Positions 29,957 to 43,814 of a stretch of 64,000 bases of DNA are shown piece after piece; positions within the stretch are counted from its first letter, which is position 1, and every line of letters starts with the position of its first letter. The stretch covers positions 1,024,001 through 1,088,000 of the forward strand of contig JASGJH010000001.1 of the NCBI GenBank assembly GCA_047601445.1, in the 5' to 3' direction. This stretch comes from Myxococcales bacterium (GTDB taxonomy: Bacteria > Myxococcota_A > Polyangia > Polyangiales > DASUME01). The position numbers and the translations under genes are program-made. The notes under the pieces are model-generated. The model worked only from the letters and a program-made list of their open reading frames with translations, was not told the origin of the DNA and searched no databases.

Positions 29957-31021
29957 TCACGGCTCGTCTTCGGGGAAGGGGCGTTCCTTGCGCTGGAGGT
30001 AGGCCAGCATGGCCAGGAACAGCGCCGCGGCGAACGTGAGCTTGACCCAGTAGGGGATCAAGGGAGCGTGCATTTGGCTGAGGGTCCCCTCGACGAGCCC
30101 TGCCACCACCAGCATCGGCATCCCTCCCAGGACCAGACGCACGGCCGTGCGAGCCTCCCGCGTGAGTGCAGCCTGCCGCGACCATGGTCCCGGCAACCAA
30201 AGGCCGCGCGAGAGCACGAATCCCGCGGCGCCTGCGATCATCACCACGGTCAGCTCGACCACCCCGTGCGGGAGGATCCAGGCCCAGAAGAAGAGCGCCT
30301 CGTGGCTACGGTGATATTGCGCGGCGAGGGCACCGATGGGGATGCCGTTCCAGAACAACACCCCTGCCGTACCCAGGCCGAACGTGACCCCGAGCGCGAA
30401 CACGAGGAACGTCACCTGGATGTTGTGGGTGAACAGAAAGCTCGAGAACACTGCGGAACGCCCCGCATCGTGCTCGCCTGCGATGCGCTCCCCTTCGATG
30501 CGTTCCGTCGGGGTCTGGTCCAGGTGCATGTCCGGAACCACCACGGCCAGCGCGTCGTTGTCGGTGGCCACCACCAGAGCGCCAACGAGGGCTCCGAGCG
30601 TCATCAGGGCCGCCGCCAACGCCACGAATCGCCACTCTCTGCGGACCAGCGCGGGGAACTCGTCCCACACGAAGTGCCAGGCCCGCCGCAGAGACTGGGA
30701 GCGCTCGGCGTATACCTGGCTGTACGCGCGGGCGACGAGGGTGTCGAGGTAGTCTGCTAGCGCAGCGTCCATCAGCTCCCCGCGCGCCACCAACAAGTCC
30801 GCGCACGTCGCGCGGTAGAGTCTGCCGAGCTCACGCACTTCGTGGAGCTTCAGCTCACGGGGACCATGGGCCTCATTGCGGGAGAGCAGTTCGCCGAGTC
30901 GCTTCCAGTCCTCGCTGCGCTTCTCCACGAAGCGGTCGACGTCACTGGATCCCAACGAGCCGCTGCCTGCGGCGGGAGGCATGGACTGCGCGGATGATGG
31001 GAAAGAGGAGGGGGGGCGCAT
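29957..31021 (-). CDS. SpoIIM/DUF95-family membrane protein
   Basis: LYRATCADL, FLFTHNIQV, ILPHGVVEL, AGLVEG. Confidence 0.88.
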   Translation of the reverse strand: MRPPSSFPSSAQSMPPAAGSGSLGSSDVDRFVEKRSEDWKRLGELLSRNEAHGPRELKLHEVRELGRLYRATCADLLVARGELMDAALADYLDTLVARAYSQVYAERSQSLRRAWHFVWDEFPALVRREWRFVALAAALMTLGALVGALVVATDNDALAVVVPDMHLDQTPTERIEGERIAGEHDAGRSAVFSSFLFTHNIQVTFLVFALGVTFGLGTAGVLFWNGIPIGALAAQYHRSHEALFFWAWILPHGVVELTVVMIAGAAGFVLSRGLWLPGPWSRQAALTREARTAVRLVLGGMPMLVVAGLVEGTLSQMHAPLIPYWVKLTFAAALFLAMLAYLQRKERPFPEDEP

Positions 31022-31029
31022 CGGTTCAC

Positions 31030-31803
31030 GTGGTAAGAGAGGACGTGGGCTCAGCCGCAGTCTACGAGATTGAGACGCCCGAGAACGTTCGCTTCCGCGT
31101 GGAGCGCGCCGGGCTCGCCTCGCGCGCGTTGGCCTGGGTCATCGACGTGGCGATGATGGCGGGCTTGCTCCAGGTGTCCTCGATGTTGCTCGCGCCACTC
31201 CAGTGGTTCTCCGGCAACGCGGCCTCCGCCCTGATCCTCGTGGCGAGCTTCCTCGTGCAATGGTGGTACAGCGCGGTCTGCGAGTGGAAGTTTGCCGGCC
31301 GCACCTGCGGTAAGTGGCTGGTCGGCATCGCCACCCGAGATCAAACGGGGCTCCGCATCACCTTCCTCCAGAGCCTGGTGCGCAACCTGCTCAGAATCGT
31401 GGACCTGTTGCCGGGCCTCTACGGTGTCGGTGCATTGGCTACCCTCGTCGACCCCCAGGGGCGACGACTTGGAGACCTCGCCGCGGGTACGGTCGTGGTC
31501 CGCGAGCGCCGGCTGCGTTTGCCTGCCCAACGTCTGCTCGACCTACTGTTGCCGGACCTACGTCTCTACCCCGAGCTGGCAGAAATCTCCCAGCGCCTGA
31601 ACCCGTACGAGCGGGAGGCCGTGCTCGCCCTGGCGGCCCAGCGAGACAGGTTGCCCCTGACGGTGCGCATCGAGCTCTTCGAGCGCCTGGCACAGCACTT
31701 GGGGCAGCGCTTCGGCTTCGAGCGGCCCTCGCACTTGAGCCCGGAAAAAGTCGTTCTCTACGTGTTTGCGGGACTGGCTCGGGGACGAACTCAGGAGTCG
31801 TAG
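31030..31803 (+). CDS. RDD-family membrane protein
   Basis: IETPENV...AGLASRALAWVID, GRTCGK, RNLLRIVD, RRLGDLAAGTVVV; start uncertain (30994-31045). Confidence 0.88.
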   Translation: MVREDVGSAAVYEIETPENVRFRVERAGLASRALAWVIDVAMMAGLLQVSSMLLAPLQWFSGNAASALILVASFLVQWWYSAVCEWKFAGRTCGKWLVGIATRDQTGLRITFLQSLVRNLLRIVDLLPGLYGVGALATLVDPQGRRLGDLAAGTVVVRERRLRLPAQRLLDLLLPDLRLYPELAEISQRLNPYEREAVLALAAQRDRLPLTVRIELFERLAQHLGQRFGFERPSHLSPEKVVLYVFAGLARGRTQES

Positions 31804-32075
31804 TCGCAGAACACGATCGCACAGTTGCGGCGCTGGGAGGAGCGCACCCGCTGACACAGCTCGGCAAGGTCGTCGTCGACGTCCACCACCTCGCCTTCGG
31901 TGGCGCGTCCGGTGGCTTCGTCATACTTGCAGGCGTCGAGGGCAACCCATCGGCCGCGGAACTCATCCACGCACCGAATCTGCTCCCAAGACATCCTCTC
32001 GCCTAGCGGCGCGCCCGCGGAGGTCGTCGAGCGCGCCCGCCGCTGTGGCGGTATGGATTCAGAACGTACTGGCAT
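31791..32075 (-). CDS. Small hypothetical protein (DUF5678-like GxWVAL motif)
   Basis: FRGRWVALD...GEVVDVDDDLAELC; alternative start ATG 31994. Confidence 0.6.
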   Translation of the reverse strand: MPVRSESIPPQRRARSTTSAGAPLGERMSWEQIRCVDEFRGRWVALDACKYDEATGRATEGEVVDVDDDLAELCQRVRSSQRRNCAIVFCDYDS

Positions 32076-32533
32076 TGCTGGAATCTCGCCGTGGGGCCTT
32101 GAATCGGCCGTCAGGGTTCTCGTCCTGGAATGCGTCGAAGCGCGCGGGTTCGCCCGCGAGCCCTACTAAGAATCGCACTGCAGTCACGTGGTCCCCGCCT
32201 CCGGGCGTCATGGCATTGGTGTAACCGAGCTGCGCGCTCGGCGCCACTTCTGGCACGTTCCGTTGGCTGGAGCGCGCCCTTCGGCACGCTAACTACAAGA
32301 GACATCACACTGGGCTGGAGAGCCGGCTCGTGGGCTTGCCGACCCGGGGCGGGGCGGGAGCTACTCACCTGGCTGGCAACACGATCAGGAAGGCTCAGGA
32401 CCCGTCACCTCTTGCGGAACTCCGTAACGCTTCGGGTACCGCAACGACCGTCAATTTCCCCCGCGTTCGTGCGATAGGCAAGCGAAAACGCTCCTAGCTG
32501 TGGGACCCTGTACGTGTACGTAGCTTAGGACGG

Positions 32534-34339
<1,806 letters not shown>

Positions 34340-34519
34340 CGGCCCACCCTCTGCCCCTACAACCAAGCTGAGCGGCGACTATATGCCGCTGGAGCCGATT
34401 TGGTACACCGACCCAAACGTCTCGGCAGTCTGCAGTCACCCCTGCGGCCTTAACGGCGACAGGCCGCCCCGTGGGACGGCCTGCCAGCGCGTGAATGCTG
34501 CTCCGAGACGAACGCCGCC

Positions 34520-35789
<1,270 letters not shown>

Positions 35790-35886
35790 CGTTCGACAGA
35801 CACCAAAAATCAGAAACCAGCAATCAGTCTACCGTCCGCGATCTGCTGTCGCAATAACGGGTAGCTATCCCCCAAATATCCCGAAG

Positions 35887-36516
35887 TTACTTCCCGGACT
35901 TCGAGGCTCGGGGATAGATAACGTCGTCGATAAGCCCGTATTCCTTGGCCTCGGGGGCGGACAGGTATCGATCACGCTCCGTGTCGTCCTTAATGCGCTC
36001 CACGCTTTGGCCGGTGTGGGACGCCATAATCTCATTCAGGCGTTGGCGCACAGCCAGGATTTCCTTGGCGTGAATCTCGATGTCTGTGGCCTGACCACGG
36101 AACCCACCCAGGGGCTGGTGGATCATGACGCGGCTGTTCGGGAGTGCGCGGCGGCGACCCGCAGCACCTGCTGCAAGCAGCACGGCGCCCATGGAGGCTG
36201 CCTGGCCGAGCACGACCGTGGCCACCGGGCACCGCACGTACTGCATGGTGTCGTAGATGGCCATGCCCGCCGTGATCACACCGCCAGGGCTGTTGATGTA
36301 GAGCGTGATTTCCTTGTCGGGGTCTTCACTCTCCAAGAACAGCAGCTGGGCAATGATGAGATTCGCGACGGTGTCGTTGACCTCGGTGCCGAGGAATACG
36401 ATGCGGTCCTTGAGGAGCCGGCTGTAAACATCCCAGGTGCGCTCACCTCGGTGGGTGGTCTCGACCACAACCGGATTCGGAATATAGAGACTGGGAGCAA
36501 TCTTCTCGTCGGCCAC
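35887..36516 (-). CDS. clpP: Clp protease proteolytic subunit
   Basis: [29 protein letters not shown]. Confidence 0.97.
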   Translation of the reverse strand: MADEKIAPSLYIPNPVVVETTHRGERTWDVYSRLLKDRIVFLGTEVNDTVANLIIAQLLFLESEDPDKEITLYINSPGGVITAGMAIYDTMQYVRCPVATVVLGQAASMGAVLLAAGAAGRRRALPNSRVMIHQPLGGFRGQATDIEIHAKEILAVRQRLNEIMASHTGQSVERIKDDTERDRYLSAPEAKEYGLIDDVIYPRASKSGK

Positions 36517-36574
36517 GCGCTTCCCCCTTGGAACCCGGCGGCGCACCCCCTCTACAAGCGACGTGCGCGCGCGA

Positions 36575-37843
36575 TCAGGTTGCAGATTCAGTGATGGTAG
36601 CCCGACCGAGGAGATACTCAAGCAGCTTCTCTTCGAGGATCTGTGACTCCATCATCTCGCGCTGTTCGCCCTGCATTTCGGCGCGCAGCTTGGCGACGTG
36701 CTTGCCGCTGCGTTCGGCCATCTCGGCCAGCTTCTTGTCGACGTCCGCGCCTTCGACCTTGATGCCGTTGAGGCGCGCGATGGCTCCCAACAAGAGGGCC
36801 GCGCGCACACGACGCTCGGCGTTCTCCTTGGTGGTGCTCATGAGATCTTCACCGAGGTCCATGCGCTGACCGGTCATGCGGATCATCCGCACGTACTCCT
36901 GAAGCATGGCCTGTTGCTGCTGCGCCACGAGGGAAGGGGGCACATCGATGGGGTTCTTTTCGAGCACCTTGTCCACGACCTGCTCGCGCAGCGCGTTCTC
37001 GGCGTTCTGCTTGGCGCTGTCCTCGAGGCGGCCGCGAGTCTTCTGCTTGAGCTCATCCAGCGAGGCGTGTTCCAGATCCTTGGCGAACTCGTCGTCGAGC
37101 GCGGGCAGAACCTTCTCCTTGATCTCCTTGATCTCGAGATCGAAGGCGCCGGCCTTGCCGGCGAACTCACCGCCCTGATCAGCCGGGAACGTGACTTCGG
37201 CGCGCGCCTTGTCGCCGACGTTCTTGCCGATGAGCGCGGTCTTCAGCTCGGGCAGGAGGCCGCCTGCCAGGTCGATGGGGCGATCGTTGGCCGCCAGCTC
37301 GGGCCGATCGTTGCCTTCGATGGACACGCGGTAGCTGCAGGTGAGGATGTCGCCCTCTTGGCTCGCACGCGCGGGCTCGGGCGCCTTGAGCTCGGAGTTC
37401 TGCTGACGCAGGCGCTCGATGGCTTCGTCGACCTGCGCTTCGCTGACGTCGCTCTTCTCGCGCACCAGGGCCAGGCCATCGATGTCGACCTTGTCGATCT
37501 TGGGGCGCACCTCGATCTTGGCCGTGAAGTTCAGGGGCTCGCCGGCCTTGAGCTCGGGCAGGCTCTCCATGGGGGGCACCGCCACCACGGTGAGCTGGTG
37601 CTGCTCCACGGCCTTGCCGAGTCCGGCCTCGATCAGGTTGTTCACGACCTCGCGCTTCACGCGCGGCCCGAACAGTTGCTTCAGGACGTTGCGCGGCACC
37701 TTGCCAGGGCGGAAGCCCTTGACCTTGGCAGTCCGACCGAGCTCGGAATAGCTGCCTTCCATGGCTTTCTCTACATCGGTCCACGGAACTTCCACGCTGA
37801 CCTGGACCATGACCGAGCTGATTTCGCTGATTTGCGATTGCAT
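36575..37843 (-). CDS. tig: Trigger factor
   Basis: [10 protein letters not shown] signature; tig-clpP-clpX order. Confidence 0.95.
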   Translation of the reverse strand: MQSQISEISSVMVQVSVEVPWTDVEKAMEGSYSELGRTAKVKGFRPGKVPRNVLKQLFGPRVKREVVNNLIEAGLGKAVEQHQLTVVAVPPMESLPELKAGEPLNFTAKIEVRPKIDKVDIDGLALVREKSDVSEAQVDEAIERLRQQNSELKAPEPARASQEGDILTCSYRVSIEGNDRPELAANDRPIDLAGGLLPELKTALIGKNVGDKARAEVTFPADQGGEFAGKAGAFDLEIKEIKEKVLPALDDEFAKDLEHASLDELKQKTRGRLEDSAKQNAENALREQVVDKVLEKNPIDVPPSLVAQQQQAMLQEYVRMIRMTGQRMDLGEDLMSTTKENAERRVRAALLLGAIARLNGIKVEGADVDKKLAEMAERSGKHVAKLRAEMQGEQREMMESQILEEKLLEYLLGRATITESAT

Positions 37844-38012
37844 CGCGCGACGCCTCTACTTTTTCGGAGAAAAGAGGGCGGTTGAATAGTGTCCGGACCC
37901 CCGCATGGCAAGCCGGCGTCTGGAGAGGGCGCGCCCATTTGGGCCTTGATCGGCCGAAGCGTGCGGGGACGCGCGTGAGCGGGATGGAGGCGCGGCGGGT
38001 GAGCCAGGTCGG

Positions 38013-38438
38013 CTACTGTAAGTGCACGAGTTCCATGTTCAGCTCGGCGGCCACCTCGAAGATGCGCGCGTCACGGTAGAACTCCCCGTAGACCACCCGC
38101 TGCAGGCCCGCGTTGGCGATCATCTTGAAGCAGCTCCAGCAGGGGGAGGCGGTCACGTAGATGGACGCGCCCTCGATGCGGGTGCCATGGGTGGCGGCCT
38201 GGATCACGGCGTTGGCCTCGGCGTGGATGGTGCGCACGCAGTGGCCGTCCTCCATCATGTGGTCGGACTCGTCGCAGTGCGGCATGCCGCGGATGCTCCC
38301 GTTGTAGCCGGTCGAGAGGATGACCTTGTCGCGTACGATGAGCGCGCCGACGTGCTTACGGCTGCAGGTTGAGCGGGTGGCGACTTCACGGGCGATGTTC
38401 ATGAAGTACTGATCCCAAGAGACGCGGGCCTGGCTCAT
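38013..38438 (-). CDS. dCMP deaminase family protein (ComEB-like)
   Basis: WDQYFM, RSTC, TGYNG, HAEANA, PCWSC. Confidence 0.92.
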   Translation of the reverse strand: MSQARVSWDQYFMNIAREVATRSTCSRKHVGALIVRDKVILSTGYNGSIRGMPHCDESDHMMEDGHCVRTIHAEANAVIQAATHGTRIEGASIYVTASPCWSCFKMIANAGLQRVVYGEFYRDARIFEVAAELNMELVHLQ

Positions 38439-38510
38439 GGGCGGCGATATAGACGCGCACGCCGATTGCGTCCACGAGGGGCAGGGCCGCCGCGGGGCGC
38501 CCGGTTGGGC

Positions 38511-39905
38511 TCAGGGGACGTCGGCGGCGCGCTCTTTGGCGAAGCGGGCGAAGAGCTCTTCGGTGGCCGCAGCGGGCAGACCGCGCGCGACGATCAGGGT
38601 GGCGCCAACCTGGAGCGCGCGGCGGTCCAGGCCGTAGGTGTCGCGAAGCTGACCGAGACGGGAGTGCGCGCCGCGAGCGTCCTTGGCGGAGCCGAAGCGG
38701 AGGCACCATACGCTGGCGTCCCCTCCGAGACCGTCTCCCTGGAGGGGTTCCAGCACGGCGTAGCGGTCGCCTCGCCAGGCTCGCGTGAGCGCCGCGACGG
38801 CCGGCTCGGGGAGGCCGAGTGCCACGCCAAACTCGAGGCTGCCGAGCACGTCCTGGTCCACCTGGCGATAGCCGTGGGCCTCGAGCCAGGAGAGGTCCGG
38901 GAGCTCGACTCTGGGCTCGCGGGCAGGGCTCTGGGCGGGCTGAAAGTAGCGCGGTTCGATCACGGAGAGCGTCGCCCCGGGGACGTTGGCGTGGGCTTGA
39001 TTCACCGCCTCCCACTCGCCTCGCAGAAACAGGCTGGCAGCGAAGAGGGCGCCGCTGCGATAGCGGAAGAGCAAGGGCTCGCGCACGATGGCTGGGGCCG
39101 CCTTGAGCGCGCCCGTGATGCGGTCGGGGGAGGCGCCGAGACTGTTCTGGAGCTGCAAGCGGTCGCGCACCACTTCCTGCAGCGTGACCCCCGCTTTGCC
39201 AGCCACGTATCCCAGCATGGCCAGGGTGGCATCGCCCTCGACCAGGGCTCCGAAGGCGTTGTCGCCGTCGGTGGTGCGCTCCACGTCCATGGCTGCTCCC
39301 AGACCGAGGTGTTGATCTTGGAGGGCGTGCACGAGCTCATGAACCACGGTGGCGCGCCACTCGAGATCGTTGGCCGAGCTCACCTTGCCGAGGGCCCGCG
39401 CCACGTCGTCGCGGACCGCGAGCAGGCGCTCCTTGGGGTCGTAGTAGCCGATCAGTTCCTCTTCCATGAGGCTTTCCAGGAGGTCTCGCACGTCGAGCTT
39501 CGGGTCCAGCAGACCGAGGGCCACGTAGCGGCGCCGACCGCGCACCAGATCCTCCTGTTCGATGGCGCGGCTCACGTACCCGCGCATCGCGGTGCGATTC
39601 TGGATCCGCACCTGGACCGGCTCCTTGAAGCGCAGCTTGCGAATGCGTTCGGTTTCTCCGACGAGCTCGGAGATCAAGTGCGCTTCGTTGGGCGTGGGGA
39701 GCCGCGACAGTCCCGCGCTGGGGGCCGGCATTTGCGCGGCAGGTGGAGGAGGCGGCGCGGCCGGTGACGCCGACCGAGGGGGCGGAGTCGGTGCGGGGAG
39801 GCTGGAGCCGCAGCCCGATTGCACGAGTGCGTAGGCGACGAGCAGGGCGGCGAAGAGTTGGTTCGCCACCGAACGACCAGGGCACTTCGTGGGGACCGAA
39901 CTCAA
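38511..39905 (-). CDS. Lipoprotein, putative zinc metallopeptidase (HExxH)
   Basis: Lipobox VQSGC; GYYDP, VVHELVHALQDQH, ALVEGDAT. Confidence 0.7.
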   Translation of the reverse strand: MSSVPTKCPGRSVANQLFAALLVAYALVQSGCGSSLPAPTPPPRSASPAAPPPPPAAQMPAPSAGLSRLPTPNEAHLISELVGETERIRKLRFKEPVQVRIQNRTAMRGYVSRAIEQEDLVRGRRRYVALGLLDPKLDVRDLLESLMEEELIGYYDPKERLLAVRDDVARALGKVSSANDLEWRATVVHELVHALQDQHLGLGAAMDVERTTDGDNAFGALVEGDATLAMLGYVAGKAGVTLQEVVRDRLQLQNSLGASPDRITGALKAAPAIVREPLLFRYRSGALFAASLFLRGEWEAVNQAHANVPGATLSVIEPRYFQPAQSPAREPRVELPDLSWLEAHGYRQVDQDVLGSLEFGVALGLPEPAVAALTRAWRGDRYAVLEPLQGDGLGGDASVWCLRFGSAKDARGAHSRLGQLRDTYGLDRRALQVGATLIVARGLPAAATEELFARFAKERAADVP

Positions 39906-41554
39906 TGTTTCACGACGTGCACAAGGACCATGCAGACCGCTCGCTGTCCGATGCTCTCGAGGAAGAAACGCGTCATGCGCCGACGGACATGTTCCCTCAA
40001 TGCGTCCAGGTCGTTCAACAGGGAGTCGTCGACCGCCTGCCGAAACGCGCGCTTGGCCGCCAAACGGGCCTGGCTCACGAACTCGCGCGGCTCGGGCCCC
40101 AGCAGCACGCCACGGGTGCTGAGGTCGGGTTGGGTCACGAAGTTGCCGCGCACGTCCACCACGAAGGAGACCGCGATGGTTCCCAGCTCGGCCAGGCGCG
40201 AGCGGTCGGCCAGCACCTCGTCGGGCACGTCCTGTCCCCGCATGACATGGACTCGCCCGCTCGTGACCCGGTCGACCACCCGCAGCGACCGCGCGTCGAG
40301 CTCGACCACGTCGCCGTTTTGGGCCAGCGTGGTGTGGCGGACGCCCATTTCACGCGCGAGTTCCGCGTGTCGACTCAAGTGATGAAAGGTGCCGTGCACC
40401 GGCATGAAAAACTCGGGCCGCGTGAGCTCGAGCATGGTGCGCTGCTCCTGTCGATGCGCGTGCCCGCTCACGTGAACGGCGCGATTGGTGCGCCGCTCCA
40501 CCACTTCGACGCCTTGGAGTAGGAGGCGGTCGATGACGTCGATGACGGGGCGATCGTTGCCCGGAATGATGCGCGACGAGAGGATCACGGTGTCCCCAGG
40601 TTCGAGCGCAATCTGCGGATGCACCCGGCGTGCGATACGGGCCAGGGCGCTGGCCGGCTCGGCCTGAGAACCTGTGGCCGCGAACAGCACGCGCTGTCTG
40701 GGCAGCTCCATGGCCTGCTGGGGCGTGATGAGGATGTCGTCGGAGCGATCGAGGTAGCCCGTGCTCTGGGCCACGCGCGAGTGGGTCTGCACCGAGCGTC
40801 CGAGCCAGCAAAGCTTGCGGCGGGTGCGGCGCGCGATGTCGAGGGCGGCGCGCAGGCGGTGGGTATTGGAGGCGAACAGCGTGATGAGCACGCGGCCCGT
40901 GGCGGCTTCGACCAGCTCCTCCAGCATGCTGGCCACCGGTTGCTCGCTGCCTGCGCTGCCTTCGGTGTCCACGTTGGTGGAGTCGCTCAAGAGCAGACGC
41001 ACGCCCGCATCGCCGAGGGCGCGGAAACGCTCCGCGTCGAAACGCTCGTGATCAGGCGGCGTGGGATCGATCTTGAAGTCGCCCGTGTGGATGATGGTGC
41101 CCACGGGCGTGCTCAGTGCCAGCGCCGTGGCATCGGCGATGGAGTGGGTGACCCGCACCGGCTCGGCGTCGAAAGGGCCAAATTGGAAGCGCTGACCGGG
41201 CGCGATGGGAAAGAGCTCCGGGCTGCGCCGCAGGGCGTGCTCGGACAGGCGCTCTTTGATCAGGGCCAGCGCATAGGGCGGGCCGTAGACGGGCATCGGG
41301 TGTTCGCGCAGCAAATACGGAATCGCGCCGATGTGGTCTTCGTGGCCGTGGGTGACCCAGAGGGCCGTGCGCGCACGCGGTTCTTCCTTGAGGAAGGAGA
41401 AGTCGGGCCGAATCACGTCGGTGCCGAAGGGATGATCGGGAAAGGTCACGCCGCAGTCGATCAGCAGACGCTGATCACCGCATTCGACCGACATGCAGTT
41501 CATGCCGATTTCGCCGAGCCCACCCAAAGGAACCAGTCGAACACGCTCTGTCAC
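39902..41554 (-). CDS. rnj: Ribonuclease J
   Basis: PLGGLGEIGMN, THGHEDHIGA, HTGDFK, SDSTN, HVSGH. Confidence 0.96.
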   Translation of the reverse strand: MTERVRLVPLGGLGEIGMNCMSVECGDQRLLIDCGVTFPDHPFGTDVIRPDFSFLKEEPRARTALWVTHGHEDHIGAIPYLLREHPMPVYGPPYALALIKERLSEHALRRSPELFPIAPGQRFQFGPFDAEPVRVTHSIADATALALSTPVGTIIHTGDFKIDPTPPDHERFDAERFRALGDAGVRLLLSDSTNVDTEGSAGSEQPVASMLEELVEAATGRVLITLFASNTHRLRAALDIARRTRRKLCWLGRSVQTHSRVAQSTGYLDRSDDILITPQQAMELPRQRVLFAATGSQAEPASALARIARRVHPQIALEPGDTVILSSRIIPGNDRPVIDVIDRLLLQGVEVVERRTNRAVHVSGHAHRQEQRTMLELTRPEFFMPVHGTFHHLSRHAELAREMGVRHTTLAQNGDVVELDARSLRVVDRVTSGRVHVMRGQDVPDEVLADRSRLAELGTIAVSFVVDVRGNFVTQPDLSTRGVLLGPEPREFVSQARLAAKRAFRQAVDDSLLNDLDALREHVRRRMTRFFLESIGQRAVCMVLVHVVKH

Positions 41555-41696
41555 AGCACCCCGCCGGCTGAATCTTAGTCGGGGACCTCGGGGCGTCACG
41601 CGGGGAGCGGTTTCAAGCTGCGGGTATCACTGGTAGTTTGAGGCGGACCCGAGATTGACCGTGCGTTTGCGGGCGTGCTACGAGCGGCCCACGCCT

Positions 41697-43757
41697 ATGC
41701 GCAGACGCCTGCTCATCACCAGCCTAATCGCGCTGGCCGCGCCCTTTGGCCTCTCTCCTCGCGGCGCCGTCGCACAGGAACCGCCGCCGGCCGAGCCCGC
41801 TCCGAGTGAGCCTCCGCAGTCTGCCCCGGGTGAGCCTGCGCCAGAACCCATCGAGGAACCTGCGGCCGCCGAACCGAGCGCCGAACCCGCGCCTGCGCCG
41901 GCCCCGCTCCCCGCGGTGGAGCTGCCCAGTGTGGGCCCGGCCCTGCCCGACCCGAACGACGCCGCTGCCAAGTTGGAACAGGCTGCGCCTCCGGCCCCCG
42001 TGGAGAGGAAATGGTGGCGGGCGCCCGAGACCATGTTCCACCTGCACGGCTACTTCCGCCTACGCGCCAACCTGCTCAAGAGCGGCGACCTTGGCCACTC
42101 GGGAGCCTACGACCGCCTGCCAGGCGTCGTCTCCGACGCCCCGCGCCAGAATTACGACCCCTTCATCTACTTCGCTCCGGCGGACTCCACCCGCGTGTAC
42201 TCGGTCGACAACCAGAATATGTCGACGGGCAATGGTGGGGGCACTGGCGCCCTGGCGCCGGCCCCCGTGGGGGGTGGCTGCGGCGATTCCCCCTCGGCCG
42301 CGGGGGAGGGCCTCTGCGACAAGAAGACGCAGGTGTCCGGCGACATGCGCCTGCGCTTGAAGCCCGAAGTCCACCTGAGCGACGACGTGCGCGTGAAGGC
42401 CTGGATCGACGTGCTCGACAACGTCGGCCTCGGCACCATGGGCTACGGGCCCAACAACTTCGACGAGAAGAACGTGATCCGGGTGCGCCGCGTGTGGGGC
42501 GAGGCGCGCAACCGCGACATCGGTGAGCTCCGCTTCGGTCGCATGGGCGCCGACTGGGGTCTCGGCATTCTCGACAACGGCGGTGATCGCAACGGCATCG
42601 ACTCGGACTTCTCGTCCGACGTGGATCGTATTATGGCGATCACGAATCTGGCCGGGTTCTACATGTTCGCGGCCTACGACTTCGCGAGCCAGAACTACGT
42701 GTCTCCAGGCAGCGCCACGCCGTCGGGGGTTCCCGTCGATCGCGCGCAGAAGGACGACTATCGCGTCGTGACCCTGTCGGCCGCGCACAAGCTCGAGCCC
42801 GAGCTGCAGCAGAGCGCTCTTCTGCGCGGTGAGAGCGTGTTCAACTATGGCGCCTACTTCGTCTGGCGCGATCAGTTCCTCAAGTTCAACAAGCCCTACG
42901 CCGATGAGCAGTCTCATACGGTCATGCAGGGCGCGAACGACAATCACCTGTTCTCGCGCTTCAACCAGAAGACGTACATCCCCGACCTCTGGTTGCAGTT
43001 CTTGTGGGAAGGTTTGCGCATCGAGCTCGAAGCGGCGTTCGTCGCCGGCTCCCTCGAGGGCGGCTGCCCCAAGCTCATCGAGTCCTCGGGCACCCAGGGG
43101 CCGTTCCGAAACGCCCAGGAGGCCACCGAGGCCTACGGTTCGGCGACCCTCAAGCGTGCCACCGGCGGGCAGTGCAAGTTCCGGCAGCTCGGCGTCGCGC
43201 TCGAGAGCGAGTACCGGTTGTTCGATGATCGCCTGGGCATCTACTTCATGTCCGGTCTGGCCACCGGTGACAGTCAGTCCTACGGCTTGGCCCAAACCAA
43301 CGACCCATCGCTGCAGCGCGTGACCGACTCCCAGGACGTCGGTAACCGCACCATCTCGACGTACCAGTTCCACCCGGACTACCGCGTGGACTTGATCCTC
43401 TGGCGCACGATCATGCGTCGCGTCGCAGGTGGCTACTACTTCAAGCCCGGCATCAGCTACGACTTCATCCACGACTCCTATGGGCAGCGTGCGGGTGGCC
43501 GGTTGGACATCATCTACAGCCGCGCGACCAACCCCCAGCAGGCTTACGGCGCGAGCGGCAACCTCGGCCTCGAAGCGGACCTCTCGCTCTACTACCGCAG
43601 CCAGGACGGCCCCGACCCCTTCGACGGCTTCTACGGCATGCTGCAGGCCGGCGTGCTGTTCCCCTTCCAGGGCCTCGACTACGTCAAGGGCATCCAGGGC
43701 GCCCCGAGCACCGAGACGGCGTTCATGATGCGCATGGTGGCCGGCATCGCGTTCTGA
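41697..43757 (+). CDS. Outer-membrane beta-barrel protein, TIGR04551-like
   Basis: Signal peptide, Pro/Glu linker, LHGYFRLR, FGRMGADWGLG, FHPDYRVDLILWR, C-terminal Phe; family name recalled, not searched. Confidence 0.75.
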   Translation: MRRRLLITSLIALAAPFGLSPRGAVAQEPPPAEPAPSEPPQSAPGEPAPEPIEEPAAAEPSAEPAPAPAPLPAVELPSVGPALPDPNDAAAKLEQAAPPAPVERKWWRAPETMFHLHGYFRLRANLLKSGDLGHSGAYDRLPGVVSDAPRQNYDPFIYFAPADSTRVYSVDNQNMSTGNGGGTGALAPAPVGGGCGDSPSAAGEGLCDKKTQVSGDMRLRLKPEVHLSDDVRVKAWIDVLDNVGLGTMGYGPNNFDEKNVIRVRRVWGEARNRDIGELRFGRMGADWGLGILDNGGDRNGIDSDFSSDVDRIMAITNLAGFYMFAAYDFASQNYVSPGSATPSGVPVDRAQKDDYRVVTLSAAHKLEPELQQSALLRGESVFNYGAYFVWRDQFLKFNKPYADEQSHTVMQGANDNHLFSRFNQKTYIPDLWLQFLWEGLRIELEAAFVAGSLEGGCPKLIESSGTQGPFRNAQEATEAYGSATLKRATGGQCKFRQLGVALESEYRLFDDRLGIYFMSGLATGDSQSYGLAQTNDPSLQRVTDSQDVGNRTISTYQFHPDYRVDLILWRTIMRRVAGGYYFKPGISYDFIHDSYGQRAGGRLDIIYSRATNPQQAYGASGNLGLEADLSLYYRSQDGPDPFDGFYGMLQAGVLFPFQGLDYVKGIQGAPSTETAFMMRMVAGIAF

Positions 43758-43814
43758 ACCGCGCGGCGTTTTGCGCGCAACCGCGGCGGCAGTTGGGCCG
43801 ATACTGAACGCACC

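Noticed and set aside
31393..31400. A third AGAATCGT site, in the RDD gene
   Set aside because: It is in frame (AGA ATC GTG = RIV within RNLLRIVD), so there is no frameshift.
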